A stretch of DNA of 53,734 nucleotides, taken from positions 1 to 53,734 of IMG/VR virus record IMGVR_UViG_3300037245_000991; one strand, 5' to 3'. Position 1 is the first letter of the stretch, and every line of letters begins with the position of its first letter. Under the pieces are notes generated by a model. It was not told where the DNA came from and ran no database searches. It saw only the letters and a list, made by a program, of their open reading frames with translations. The position numbers and the translations under genes were made by a program. Positions 1 through 9,183 of this stretch are shown piece after piece. Source of the DNA: a virus. Lineage: Duplodnaviria > Caudoviricetes.

Positions 1-242
1 AGCGAATACTTCCACTTGCCGTTCTTTGTGCTGAAAGACCAATACTGCTTGATGAATGACCACTCATGGGGTGTACTATATTTCATGTCCATCGGGTAGA
101 GGAACTGGCGGATACCTCTGTCTATGATCCCATCGACTGTAGTTAGATTCGTTCCAGTCGGAACAACACCATTGCTAGTTAAAGCAAGGAAGTTTGAAAC
201 CCGTATTCTCAAATCATTATAAGGAAGAGTTAATTTACTCAT
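1..242 (-). CDS. Head-tail adaptor protein, 5' part (left copy, runs off window edge)
   Basis: Manual translation MSKLTLPYNDLRIRVSNFLALTSNG...RGIRQFLYPMDMKYSTPHEWSF is clearly homologous to 50994..51785; ATG at 242 overlaps the end of the HNH gene. Confidence 0.8.
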   Translation of the reverse strand, partial: MSKLTLPYNDLRIRVSNFLALTSNGVVPTGTNLTTVDGIIDRGIRQFLYPMDMKYSTPHEWSFIKQYWSFSTKNGKWKYS

Positions 243-759
243 TACAAACCTCAAAAACGCTTAAATCATTGTGTAACTCTCTATGACAATTTGAACATAA
301 CAAAATACATTTATCTAATTCTTTTTTGAACACAACCCACTTGCCTGTTTTTAATTTACTTGTTTCACCTTCTTTTTTACATGGGTCTATGTGGTGAAAC
401 TCAAGCGCCGCTAAACATTTATTGTATCCACAACACGAACACTTGCCACCTTTATAATCAACGGCTTTTTGTTTGTTCTTTTGTCTTCGTACAGAATTTT
501 GTTTAAGTCTCTTTATTTTTGATTCAGGCCGCTTTCTCCACTCCTTTTCATACGCCTTTCGTTCTTTTTGATGTTTTCGAGCATATTTTCTTTTCTTAAT
601 CTGTATCTGTGTTTTGTTTTCAGAGTAGTATTTCTTTTGTGCTGCTATCTCGCAAACTTTACAACGGGCTTTTGGTCGGGGTCTATCTGACCGCATATAG
701 AAATTATCCCAAGATTTTTCCTTATGGCACACAGAACATTTCTTGGTAAGTTTTGCCAT
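235..759 (-). CDS. HNH homing endonuclease
   Basis: CxxC zinc pairs and CSCCGY...LEFHHIDP...LLCSNCHRELH HNH motif; AT-rich; absent from the right-hand copy. Confidence 0.88.
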   Translation of the reverse strand: MAKLTKKCSVCHKEKSWDNFYMRSDRPRPKARCKVCEIAAQKKYYSENKTQIQIKKRKYARKHQKERKAYEKEWRKRPESKIKRLKQNSVRRQKNKQKAVDYKGGKCSCCGYNKCLAALEFHHIDPCKKEGETSKLKTGKWVVFKKELDKCILLCSNCHRELHNDLSVFEVCNE

Positions 760-775
760 TGTCGTTCCTTAAATT

Positions 776-801
776 GGGAGCGGGAGGAACGCACCGCTCC
801 C
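776..801 (-). terminator. Hairpin, possible terminator or processing site
   Basis: GGGAGCGG-10nt-CCGCTCCC between the small ORF and the HNH gene. Confidence 0.45.
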
Positions 802-814
802 CGGAGACAGAGTC

Positions 815-985
815 TTAATTATTACCGTCCGGTTCTTTCTTCTTCGCTTCCTTCGGTGTGTCGTCACACTTTGTTGCTTCTGTCACAACTTGCATCGACT
901 GTTGTAGCACCACATGGTCTGTTCGTGTGCCTTTGAACTCAGAACACACCTGATCCAGATTACCTAATGCTTCTTTGATTTCCAT
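815..985 (-). CDS. Small hypothetical protein, 56 aa (MEIKEALGNLDQVCSEFKG...)
   Basis: Manual translation; RBS AAGGAG; conserved in the right copy (51849..52028). Confidence 0.75.
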   Translation of the reverse strand: MEIKEALGNLDQVCSEFKGTRTDHVVLQQSMQVVTEATKCDDTPKEAKKKEPDGNN

Positions 986-1002
986 TTCTGTCTCCTTAAA
1001 AT

Positions 1003-1026
1003 GGGGAGAGCCAGATTGCTCTCCCC
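1003..1026 (-). terminator. Rho-independent terminator after the capsid genes
   Basis: GGGGAGAGC-6nt-GCTCTCCCC stem followed by ATTTT on the minus strand; stem conserved in the right copy while the loop differs. Confidence 0.7.
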
Positions 1027-1038
1027 GTGTTCATCTGA

Positions 1039-1860
1039 TTAACCGTGATCCGACATCATAAACAGCGGACCATTACCACCGATACTACCTGCGATGGCAT
1101 ACCCTGCGATTTGCGAACTATTCGCAGCTTGAACAGTAACACCTAACGCGGTATTGATGTCTGACACATTGCCATAGTCGTGCCACCAACCACTCGCATA
1201 TCCGCCAGAGTTGCCGAAACTACCCTGCGGAATAGGCCAACAAATTCCCTTGGTCTGGAGCCAGAAGTAATTGGCTGCAGCCGAAACTACGGTAGTGGGG
1301 ACACCAGCCTTTACCTGATCCCTCAGTAGAGACTCAACCATAACACTCCAGGGGTTCGCATAAACCTCTGATATGTGAGTACCAGCCACGATGGCTTGGT
1401 TAAGTTGGCCGTCTAGCTGAATGGTGAACGCTGCTCCATTATCAGCAGCGTTATTGCCAACGATTCCTCTGAGTGTGGTCTCGTAGTCTGTGGCACCGTC
1501 CATGATAATCACATATCCACCACGCAAGAAATCAGCAGTCAGGGCGTCATGTGTGCCAGCAGCAATTGTGATCTCCGTTGAACCAGCATCATGGGATGTG
1601 GCAAACGCAGTGTACCCCAAATAACCACTATCAGAGAAAGAGCACGCCCTTGACGCATAGAGAGCAGTAGCCCCAGTAGATTTGGCGTACCGATACTCCC
1701 TGCCGTCTGCCAATACAAGGCGATCACCAATGTCGAACTCCTTATCCTTGGTAGTCGTCGGGGTCACATACAAGAAATTGATATTGGGCACCTGCGTCTC
1801 GTAGATACCCTTCTTGAGAGTATCATCGAAATGCTTTGTGTAAGCAAAACCTTTAGCCAT
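1039..1860 (-). CDS. Capsid decoration/minor capsid protein (putative)
   Basis: Directly downstream of the MCP; DGREYRYAK and YFWLQTKG motifs typical of cement/decoration-like proteins. Confidence 0.6.
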   Translation of the reverse strand: MAKGFAYTKHFDDTLKKGIYETQVPNINFLYVTPTTTKDKEFDIGDRLVLADGREYRYAKSTGATALYASRACSFSDSGYLGYTAFATSHDAGSTEITIAAGTHDALTADFLRGGYVIIMDGATDYETTLRGIVGNNAADNGAAFTIQLDGQLNQAIVAGTHISEVYANPWSVMVESLLRDQVKAGVPTTVVSAAANYFWLQTKGICWPIPQGSFGNSGGYASGWWHDYGNVSDINTALGVTVQAANSSQIAGYAIAGSIGGNGPLFMMSDHG

Positions 1861-1892
1861 TTTCTTATTCCTTAAAAAGTGTTGTCACTCGA

Positions 1893-2990
1893 TTACGAAC
1901 TCGGATGTTGAGACACGAGGAAACCAGCGTTCTGTGGATCATTGCACCACATCTGATACCGGATGTAGACGAGTCGCTGCATCACAACAGCACGAGTCGG
2001 ATCAGTGCCAGTGAGTTCTTTGAAGTTCCAGTTCGAGTCAACGACCGGGAAGATGTTACTGTGGTTAAGACCGAAGATCGGGTCCGTGCCATACAGTGAC
2101 GTGCGGGCTGTGTCGAAGAGATCGACATACGCGAGCGGGATGCTCCTAAATGTGGGCGTACCCCAATGCGAATCTTCACGATACCCCATTTGATCGTCGG
2201 CCTTTGCGTAGAACGTGTTTAGTTTGGCGATCACGTTATCAGAGGTGTACATCGAAAAGTCGAGCAAACCGTTCTTGCCCTGACTCGGGTCCATTGGCAC
2301 AACAGGAGCCTGGAACCCAGTCTTGCGCACAGCACGATCCAACAGCGTGAGCAGAGACTCATCAATGTTGCCCAGATGGTCAGCGTAATAACTTGCCCAC
2401 CCAGAGTTGTTCGATGCGGACGAGTTCAAACCCGCCGTATCATAGGCTGTACCGGGGGTGCTGCCGTCGTTGTAGCGGGACTGATAACCAGTCCAACCAC
2501 CAGTACTGGAAGCAGTGCCAACTCGGAGCCAGGTGTTAATCGAGTTCGGGCTGAGGGAATCGTTTGCACCAGTAGGCCCAGTAAGCATCGAAAGATAAAC
2601 ACCTTCAAGGATGTCCTTCATCGCAGATCGGTACTGAGACGCTAGTACATCATAAATCTTCTGGGCACCGCTGTTGAGTGATGTTTCCATCGTGTTCCAA
2701 AGCATACCGCCCTTACCCTGACGCCAGTTGGCTGTATACCGCTTCTGGATGTTCACCTTTTTGAGTGTGTCCTGGTCCCAAATACCAACCAGCTTGAAGT
2801 TATCCTCTTTGTCAAGAGTGATATGACCCTCAAGATAGTCACCACTACTCTCTTTGGCCGCGTGCTGCCAGAACTTGTTGTACAACTGCCATCTTCGATA
2901 CGCGAACGTAGCCAAGGCGGGTTCTTTGGTTATGATATTCTGGAGTGTTGCATTCCAAATATCTGTTGCGAGACTAAAATCAGTAGCCAT
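1893..2990 (-). CDS. Major capsid protein
   Basis: 365 aa, after portal and scaffold, strongly conserved between the two copies, HK97-like size and C-terminus. Confidence 0.8.
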   Translation of the reverse strand: MATDFSLATDIWNATLQNIITKEPALATFAYRRWQLYNKFWQHAAKESSGDYLEGHITLDKEDNFKLVGIWDQDTLKKVNIQKRYTANWRQGKGGMLWNTMETSLNSGAQKIYDVLASQYRSAMKDILEGVYLSMLTGPTGANDSLSPNSINTWLRVGTASSTGGWTGYQSRYNDGSTPGTAYDTAGLNSSASNNSGWASYYADHLGNIDESLLTLLDRAVRKTGFQAPVVPMDPSQGKNGLLDFSMYTSDNVIAKLNTFYAKADDQMGYREDSHWGTPTFRSIPLAYVDLFDTARTSLYGTDPIFGLNHSNIFPVVDSNWNFKELTGTDPTRAVVMQRLVYIRYQMWCNDPQNAGFLVSQHPSS

Positions 2991-3007
2991 AATTGTGTTC
3001 CTTTATT

Positions 3008-3943
3008 CTAATCGTGTATTTCATGTCCGTGCCTCCGTGCTACTTCTTGAATGACTTCAGCACCAGACAAGTCTTTGCCACCACCTTCAGCTACTCCTTC
3101 GTGGCTCGAACGTCTACCGCCCAGCATCTGTTCATTCTTCTTCAATCCTTTTATGACATTCCGTTTTGTTTCTACCCCGAGGTTAGCACCCTTATAGGCA
3201 TTCAGGGAGATTTCCAGGACATCACCTAGTACTCCAGCCTCTTTGAGTTGCCGTGCCATACTGTAAACCTCAAGGCGGGCTTTCATCTGAGGACTGGTTG
3301 GTATAACCCGGCCATCAGGAAATTTTGGCAAGTCTTTCGTCTTGCCGAATACCTCGAAATCTTCAGACGTTTTGTCGAAGAGATCAGAAGCCCTCTGATC
3401 GAAACTGGCCTGCTCCTCTACTGCGGATTTTTCTTCACGGACACCTAAACGCTCTTTTAGGTCCGCAATATCCGCGAGGGCCTGCTTCAGTTCCTCGTCC
3501 TCCTGACTATCGTCAACCTTTTTCTCTTCTGTTTCAGTCTGAGTTTCCCCAGTCTTATCAGCGGTTTCCTCTGCCTTGGCAGTGTCCGCCCCAGTGAGTG
3601 AAGGTATCATTTCTAACAGTTGTTCGTTGGTATAGTCCCCGGCAAATTCTTCAATCTGCTCATCGGACCAACCCAACCCTGTTGCAGCAGTAGCGAACTC
3701 ATCAGAGATAATCTCTCCTTCATCACCACCACCAACAACAGCGTCTTTTGCGGCTGAGATCAGGGAACCGATTTTTTCTACGATTGATGTTTTGGTTTGC
3801 TCGGTCTGTTCAGTTTGCTCAATTTGCTCAGTTTGTTCGGTCTGTTCTGTTTGCTCGGTCTGTTCAGTCTGTTTGATCTGTACTGCTTGTGTTCCTTCCA
3901 CCTGTTCTGTCTGTTCTGTCTGTTCTGTCTCGTTCTCTGCCAT
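3008..3943 (-). CDS. Capsid scaffolding protein
   Basis: Very acidic, low-complexity/coiled-coil, immediately upstream of the MCP. Confidence 0.7.
   Translation of the reverse strand: MAENETEQTEQTEQVEGTQAVQIKQTEQTEQTEQTEQTEQIEQTEQTEQTKTSIVEKIGSLISAAKDAVVGGGDEGEIISDEFATAATGLGWSDEQIEEFAGDYTNEQLLEMIPSLTGADTAKAEETADKTGETQTETEEKKVDDSQEDEELKQALADIADLKERLGVREEKSAVEEQASFDQRASDLFDKTSEDFEVFGKTKDLPKFPDGRVIPTSPQMKARLEVYSMARQLKEAGVLGDVLEISLNAYKGANLGVETKRNVIKGLKKNEQMLGGRRSSHEGVAEGGGKDLSGAEVIQEVARRHGHEIHD
3791..3932 (-). repeat. 9-bp coding tandem repeat (TEQ)n in the scaffold
   Basis: Two runs of TEQ units at the N-terminus of 3008..3943. Confidence 0.9.
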
Positions 3944-4290
3944 TATTTATCCCCCTTATCACCAGCGACCTTCTTGGTCTCGGCATCGGCATCGCACACC
4001 TTGCACAACTCCTGCATCGGTTTGAGACGGAAGAATAGATTGTTGCATTTCTTGCATTCGTGACGAGTCAGACCAGCCTCGGTGAGTATCTCGTACACAA
4101 GCTCTTTGACTCGGTCTTCGTCCAGGGTACGGGCTTTGTTCTCATTCTTGACCTGGATGTCTTCCTGTTTGCGAGCCTTCGGCCACTTGTCTTCGCACGG
4201 TTGACACTTCTTCACGCCGCCGACACTCGTTACCAAAGCAGTGGGCCGAAAGTCAGCTTTGCACAGTACGCATTTTGTTTCTGTACTCAT
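3943..4290 (-). CDS. Zinc-finger hypothetical protein
   Basis: Four CxxC pairs, RBS GGAG, coupled to the scaffold gene. Confidence 0.7.
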   Translation of the reverse strand: MSTETKCVLCKADFRPTALVTSVGGVKKCQPCEDKWPKARKQEDIQVKNENKARTLDEDRVKELVYEILTEAGLTRHECKKCNNLFFRLKPMQELCKVCDADAETKKVAGDKGDK

Positions 4291-4307
4291 TTTTGGTTGT
4301 CTCCCAT

Positions 4308-4646
4308 TTAATAATAGTCGTTATGTGAAATCATACCACGTTCTTTTTGTTGTCTCCTCTTGTCTCTAAGGTTTCCAACCCATACATCTCCTTTATCATT
4401 GTAAGTACTATTCGGGAATCGTTTTCTGAACTCATCCACTTGACCCGGTGGAACGCCCATCGCCATACTCCAATGTCCAGTGTCAGCAGCCACCTTGACA
4501 TCCCTCATTGATGCTAACTCGGATTCCATGTCTCGATTGGCCCTGCCACCACACTCACACTTTGTAGGTTTGTCCCGGTCATCCATCAGGATGCAGTCCT
4601 GGAATACAGCGTCACAATCCTCGCATCTGTAGGTGTAGGTCGGCAT
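4308..4646 (-). CDS. FmdB-family zinc-ribbon protein
   Basis: MPTYTYRCEDC...CECGG signature; common next to phage portals. Confidence 0.8.
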   Translation of the reverse strand: MPTYTYRCEDCDAVFQDCILMDDRDKPTKCECGGRANRDMESELASMRDVKVAADTGHWSMAMGVPPGQVDEFRKRFPNSTYNDKGDVWVGNLRDKRRQQKERGMISHNDYY

Positions 4647-4864
4647 TACTCTACCACCGTGCTGTCTACGTGGATCGGTGGGCCACTGTCAGTGATCTGA
4701 AGAACACGAGGACCATCCTCAGCGTCTCTGATCTCAATCTGATCCAGCATGTGTTGTCGCATCTGGACTGCTCGTTCCTGCTCTGCGAACTGGGTACACC
4801 AAAACACTACTTCCGCGTCACTCATCTCGTTTACTTGTTCTTTGGTTAGTTCATCTGCGTTCAT
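4646..4864 (-). CDS. Hypothetical protein
   Basis: RBS AGGAG; translationally coupled. Confidence 0.6.
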   Translation of the reverse strand: MNADELTKEQVNEMSDAEVVFWCTQFAEQERAVQMRQHMLDQIEIRDAEDGPRVLQITDSGPPIHVDSTVVE

Positions 4865-4875
4865 TTCTCTGTCTC

Positions 4876-5016
4876 CTATTCAACAAGTGAATACTTTTTA
4901 ATCATGGCCTCTGACGCCGCCGATAAATCAGGCGACAAAATGTCTTTCATTGGCTTCACCCACTCATCATAAAACTTTTGTAATCTTGCTTTCTTTTGTT
5001 CAAAAGTCACTTCCAT
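4876..5016 (-). CDS. Small hypothetical protein (MEVTFEQ...)
   Basis: Start moved to 5016, behind a GGAGACAGAGAA leader. Confidence 0.5.
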   Translation of the reverse strand: MEVTFEQKKARLQKFYDEWVKPMKDILSPDLSAASEAMIKKYSLVE

Positions 5017-5036
5017 TTCTCTGTCTCCAAATTCAA

Positions 5037-5414
5037 TTACGTTGTTCCAATTACCCACACCTCAAACACCGGCGTCTCCGCCGCACCATTGTTCTTCACA
5101 TGTGTCACCCCGGCTGGATTCGTTATCACCGCACACGGCCCTCCGGCCTTGATCGTCATATCAACATCAAACGAAGCGGCATAATCAAGATCAATGTCGA
5201 GATCGAGAGTGACGGCCCGGATGATGATGCACGTCGCTACGGCCACGTCACCCTGGTCAATGACCTCGTCGGCATCAGCCGTGGTTAGCGTCCGGTACTG
5301 TCGTCCAGTCGTGGCTGTCGGGGTCGTCCCGTCTGTCCCTTTGTCGAGAAACGATATATCCTGGCCGAGTCCTTGTAGCTCGGCGATAACTGATACGTCC
5401 AGAGTGGCGGCCAT
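5037..5414 (-). CDS. Hypothetical virion-associated beta-rich protein
   Basis: Coupled to the portal stop; beta-strand composition. Confidence 0.6.
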   Translation of the reverse strand: MAATLDVSVIAELQGLGQDISFLDKGTDGTTPTATTGRQYRTLTTADADEVIDQGDVAVATCIIIRAVTLDLDIDLDYAASFDVDMTIKAGGPCAVITNPAGVTHVKNNGAAETPVFEVWVIGTT

Positions 5415-7186
5415 TATTTAACTCCCTTATCTGCGCCAATCGGCGATGCCGCCAACTGACCTTGCTTACTTGAACTATTAGCTTCACGACTCCCCACCAG
5501 AGCACCAAAACTATCGTTTCCCTGCCCAGGACTCTTATTACTCTCAGGTCGCTTCTGTCCAGTCGGCTGCATCGTGAATGGCACCACGTCGGTCTGACCT
5601 GGCACCGCAGTACGGTACAACTGATTGAAGTCATCGAACCCAAGATACGCTGCCATACGCTTGGTGGCTTCGGGTATGTCGAACTCAGCCCCTTGCTGTT
5701 CGGCCATCGGCATCGTGGGCAAAACCCACTGCGATGCAAACTGCATCATACGTTGATACTTGACTTCGGGTGACATGCGTTGCGTCGAGTATGGCACGAT
5801 CTTGAACACGAAGTCATAGAACTCACCGACCTTATCAGCCTGTGAGAAAACTTTCGGTAACGTCCCAACCCCAGGCACCTCATGGATCAGAGGGATGTAA
5901 ACTGTAGGATCAGTCCATATCCGCCAGGCCAGCTTCTTCAAGATCGAGGTCTGAAACCTATGGAACCGGGTGCCCATGTTGTTGATAATGCGGGATGCGT
6001 TTTGGTGAAGCATCTGATCCTGACCCAACGTGGGAGAGCCTGTTCCAGCCCCCCTCATAATCGGTTCAGTTCCACCTGATTTATCGAACACGCTCTCAAC
6101 GAAGGCCATCCATTCTGGTCCCGCAGGATTCATACCGCCGAGACTGATCTGTTTGATACCTTGTGTGTCCTTAACCTGCAACACGTCTACGTTCTTGGCG
6201 TTTGTGACCTGTTCGCCCAACTTCTTGTTCGGAGCTTCAGTCAAGATCAAATCCTTCTGTGACTCTGCCTGTTCTCTTGCTGTCTTACCAACGATGTTCA
6301 TCGACACATCAGCATCGTGCCAGAACCACGCCGGGGGTATTGGAACGGGATGGCCAGGGAAGTACTTGTACCCAAGATAATCGTAGGGCGATTCTTTGGG
6401 GCCGTCCTCTTCGACTGATCGTAGAATCTTGGCCGTCTTGCCCTCGGGCATAATCGTGACAGTACGATTCTCGTCGAACAGATAGATGTCAATGAATGTG
6501 GTCTGATCCCGAAGTGAGAGTTTGTTTCTGTTGAAATTGGGATCAGAGATTCTCTTCGGCGAGTAATCGCCAATCAATTTGCAATCGGGCTTAATGAGAT
6601 CAGCGTGCTTCGGGAACAACTCTTGAGCGTATGCGGTCGGTAATTTGTAGATGTCACCTTCAAAGGCGAAGTCTCCTCGATCTCTGGCTATTGGATCACC
6701 GACATAATCAGTATCGTGGATGACCTTGACAGTCGGTCGTCCGGCCTTGATGATCTCATCCTCCAATGTCACTCTGCGGTCGTACTCGGTGAACGTGCGC
6801 GTGATCGCAGCACCGAACATCGAGTTGATCGCCGCTGGGATCAATACTGTATCGGCGAGTTCCATCTGGCCGATGAAGAAGTTCAAGGCCAATTGGGTAG
6901 TGTACGCCCACGGCTTGTAATTACCAACCAGAGTTTCAACCATCACCTTCGGATCACCCTCGACCAGGAATGGAACGATAGTTCCTACGCCTCTGTCGAT
7001 CAGGTTGATGAGGTGTTCCCGGTTGTTGTTCGTGTTGAAGAACCCAGACGCCCAAAGCCGCAGCATCACCTGCTGGTGTTTGAACGGGGCTTCGTTCATT
7101 TGATACCACAGTTTAGTCAGCTTCTGTAGTCTCGCCGGGAAACTGAGTTTCTTGTTTAATTCGTGTATCGGGTGTGGGTGTGCCAT
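5414..7186 (-). CDS. Portal protein
   Basis: 590 aa, directly after the large terminase; P22-like portal size and helical C-terminus. Confidence 0.8.
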   Translation of the reverse strand: MAHPHPIHELNKKLSFPARLQKLTKLWYQMNEAPFKHQQVMLRLWASGFFNTNNNREHLINLIDRGVGTIVPFLVEGDPKVMVETLVGNYKPWAYTTQLALNFFIGQMELADTVLIPAAINSMFGAAITRTFTEYDRRVTLEDEIIKAGRPTVKVIHDTDYVGDPIARDRGDFAFEGDIYKLPTAYAQELFPKHADLIKPDCKLIGDYSPKRISDPNFNRNKLSLRDQTTFIDIYLFDENRTVTIMPEGKTAKILRSVEEDGPKESPYDYLGYKYFPGHPVPIPPAWFWHDADVSMNIVGKTAREQAESQKDLILTEAPNKKLGEQVTNAKNVDVLQVKDTQGIKQISLGGMNPAGPEWMAFVESVFDKSGGTEPIMRGAGTGSPTLGQDQMLHQNASRIINNMGTRFHRFQTSILKKLAWRIWTDPTVYIPLIHEVPGVGTLPKVFSQADKVGEFYDFVFKIVPYSTQRMSPEVKYQRMMQFASQWVLPTMPMAEQQGAEFDIPEATKRMAAYLGFDDFNQLYRTAVPGQTDVVPFTMQPTGQKRPESNKSPGQGNDSFGALVGSREANSSSKQGQLAASPIGADKGVK

Positions 7187-9183
7187 TAGAACAGTTCTCT
7201 CCGCATCTCACGTTTATCCTTCGCTTCCTTCGTCTTCCGCTCATTCTCGTAGTACGCAAAACTCCCGAACGGTCGATCCACGGCATCCTCTGTGTTCCCG
7301 GCCTGTTGCTCCTTATACGCCAACACACACAGTCCCGCAGCAATCACGCGGTCGCCGTGGCGTTCCAAGGCCCCGGTCGAGATGTCGGCCTTCTTCGACG
7401 CGACGGCCCCCTTGCCCTTCTCGCGGAAGATGTAGTCGCACAACTCTTCGTGCAGTTCTTTATCACGGATCACCAACGCCTTATACTCACTCACATCTGA
7501 TAACCCACCACTCAGGGCAATCCCCAATTCGCCCAAAAGGGCGTCCTTGGTGTTCCCAGTCGCGTTCCAGCCGTACTTGTTGATCTTCTTCCTGGTCTTC
7601 GAGTCTTCCCGTCGCTGGGTGTAGACGTTCGTGTACCCTTGAAACGTAATCCGCTGGCCCATCATAGACCCACAACCACCTGTGCTCTCCCAGATCAGAT
7701 AGCAGTCGGCGATCCCACCTACCCAGATCGCCAAGGCCACCAGTTGATCGGCGAACTCCTCGGGCTTGGTATTGGCATCGACCCATGACCCGACCTGTTC
7801 GTGGGTGTTCACATCAACGATCACAGCGGCGGAGTTGGCCGATCCAAGCCCGTAGGACGGATCAGCCGCGATGATGTAGTTGTGCCTCTGGTCCGGCCTG
7901 CCGAACGGGAGTTCGCCCCACCAGCGAAACCGTTTGGCTCCCCGGCCTGGACAGAACACCATACTGTCCTCTACGACGCGGTCGTCATCCAGTTCGAAGA
8001 GGAGTTCTCCTTTGAGATCAGGGGGCCGAAGGTGTTTCTTTTTGATGTCGGCGAGGACCGCGTGGTCAAATGGAGCATCGCTGGCCCCTAGAGCAGTCCC
8101 ACAAACGTTACATTTGAAGTCTCGCACATCACCTTTACGTTCATCTTGCTGTCGATCGAACCACGGTGCTCTATGTGGTGACGGCACACCTTTAAGTCCA
8201 TCAGCGATAAACTGGACCCGTGTTTCTGTAGGACTCCACTCATCCACACTATCTAATATAAGTGCGGTAGACAAATCTTTATCTTTGTAATATGCCTCGT
8301 CAAGAATCTTATACTGTCCGGGTTCCGACGTATTGTATAAACCCATATTTTCGGTCGGGTTTTCATACCACATAAGAACAATATTTTTAACACTGGGTCG
8401 CAATAGTGCCTTGTTGAAGGAATGTTCTTGTCCGAGCCAATGCGTAGAACTGTATACAATACAAGGAGACACATCGTGGATCGACCCCTCGATGGCTTTA
8501 GCCGTACTGTGGTCAACACGACCGTATTCATCGAGAAGCATAGCCGTTGATCGGCTACCAGCACTGAAACTCTCATTCGTTGTCTCGCCGCTGATTCGAC
8601 TGTTGTTATAAGGAATGCGCATCAAGAGATGTGTACGATCAACATCCTTATTATAACCACATTGTTTTTTCCACCATGAGGGCAAATAAGTCATCACAGA
8701 GTCAGCTTTCGCAAATAGTGAATATAAATCACCTGACTTATCTACAAGTTTTTCCACCCTTGATCCGAGAATAAAATGGCTTAATTCTTCCAACAACGCC
8801 TTGGCCACAAACGTTTTGACACATATCTCTGACGCTCCTTCGCCACGATTCTTGTTAATACCGACATTGCGACCAGTGTCGATACATTCGACCAAATCTT
8901 CTACTGCTCGTATTTGGTTAGGCCGCAAATTAAAAGGTGGGTTTCGTTCAGACGGTTTTCTGGGTGGTCGAGGATCAAAGGTGAAGAACGACGTATTGAA
9001 CGCTATGGGGATGTACGCCCGACACATGCCGAGGAAAAAATCCTGTGCTTTCTGATCCGCAGAGAGATATTCATGCAGTTTGATTCTAAAGTCGCAGTTC
9101 TCGTACAGATCAGTCGGGATAATGTCGAAGAACGCCTGTGGTGAATCACAAAGAGCGAGAAGTTTGGCCATCTTCTTATTCAT
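7186..9183 (-). CDS. terL: Terminase large subunit
   Basis: KNRGEGAS Walker A variant, LLDE Walker B, RNase H-like IAADPSYG and HGDRVIA nuclease motifs. Confidence 0.9.
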   Translation of the reverse strand: MNKKMAKLLALCDSPQAFFDIIPTDLYENCDFRIKLHEYLSADQKAQDFFLGMCRAYIPIAFNTSFFTFDPRPPRKPSERNPPFNLRPNQIRAVEDLVECIDTGRNVGINKNRGEGASEICVKTFVAKALLEELSHFILGSRVEKLVDKSGDLYSLFAKADSVMTYLPSWWKKQCGYNKDVDRTHLLMRIPYNNSRISGETTNESFSAGSRSTAMLLDEYGRVDHSTAKAIEGSIHDVSPCIVYSSTHWLGQEHSFNKALLRPSVKNIVLMWYENPTENMGLYNTSEPGQYKILDEAYYKDKDLSTALILDSVDEWSPTETRVQFIADGLKGVPSPHRAPWFDRQQDERKGDVRDFKCNVCGTALGASDAPFDHAVLADIKKKHLRPPDLKGELLFELDDDRVVEDSMVFCPGRGAKRFRWWGELPFGRPDQRHNYIIAADPSYGLGSANSAAVIVDVNTHEQVGSWVDANTKPEEFADQLVALAIWVGGIADCYLIWESTGGCGSMMGQRITFQGYTNVYTQRREDSKTRKKINKYGWNATGNTKDALLGELGIALSGGLSDVSEYKALVIRDKELHEELCDYIFREKGKGAVASKKADISTGALERHGDRVIAAGLCVLAYKEQQAGNTEDAVDRPFGSFAYYENERKTKEAKDKREMRRELF

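Larger units (their letters stand above)
1..2690. repeat. Left copy of a diverged direct repeat (adaptor 5' end, small ORF, 273-aa capsid-associated gene, MCP 3' part)
   Basis: Colinear with 51544..53734 with many synonymous substitutions; contains an extra HNH gene. Confidence 0.95.

Noticed and set aside
3792-4063. Cys-rich (VCS)n and Leu/Phe-rich plus-strand ORFs
   Set aside because: They are antisense shadows of the TEQ repeat in the scaffold gene.
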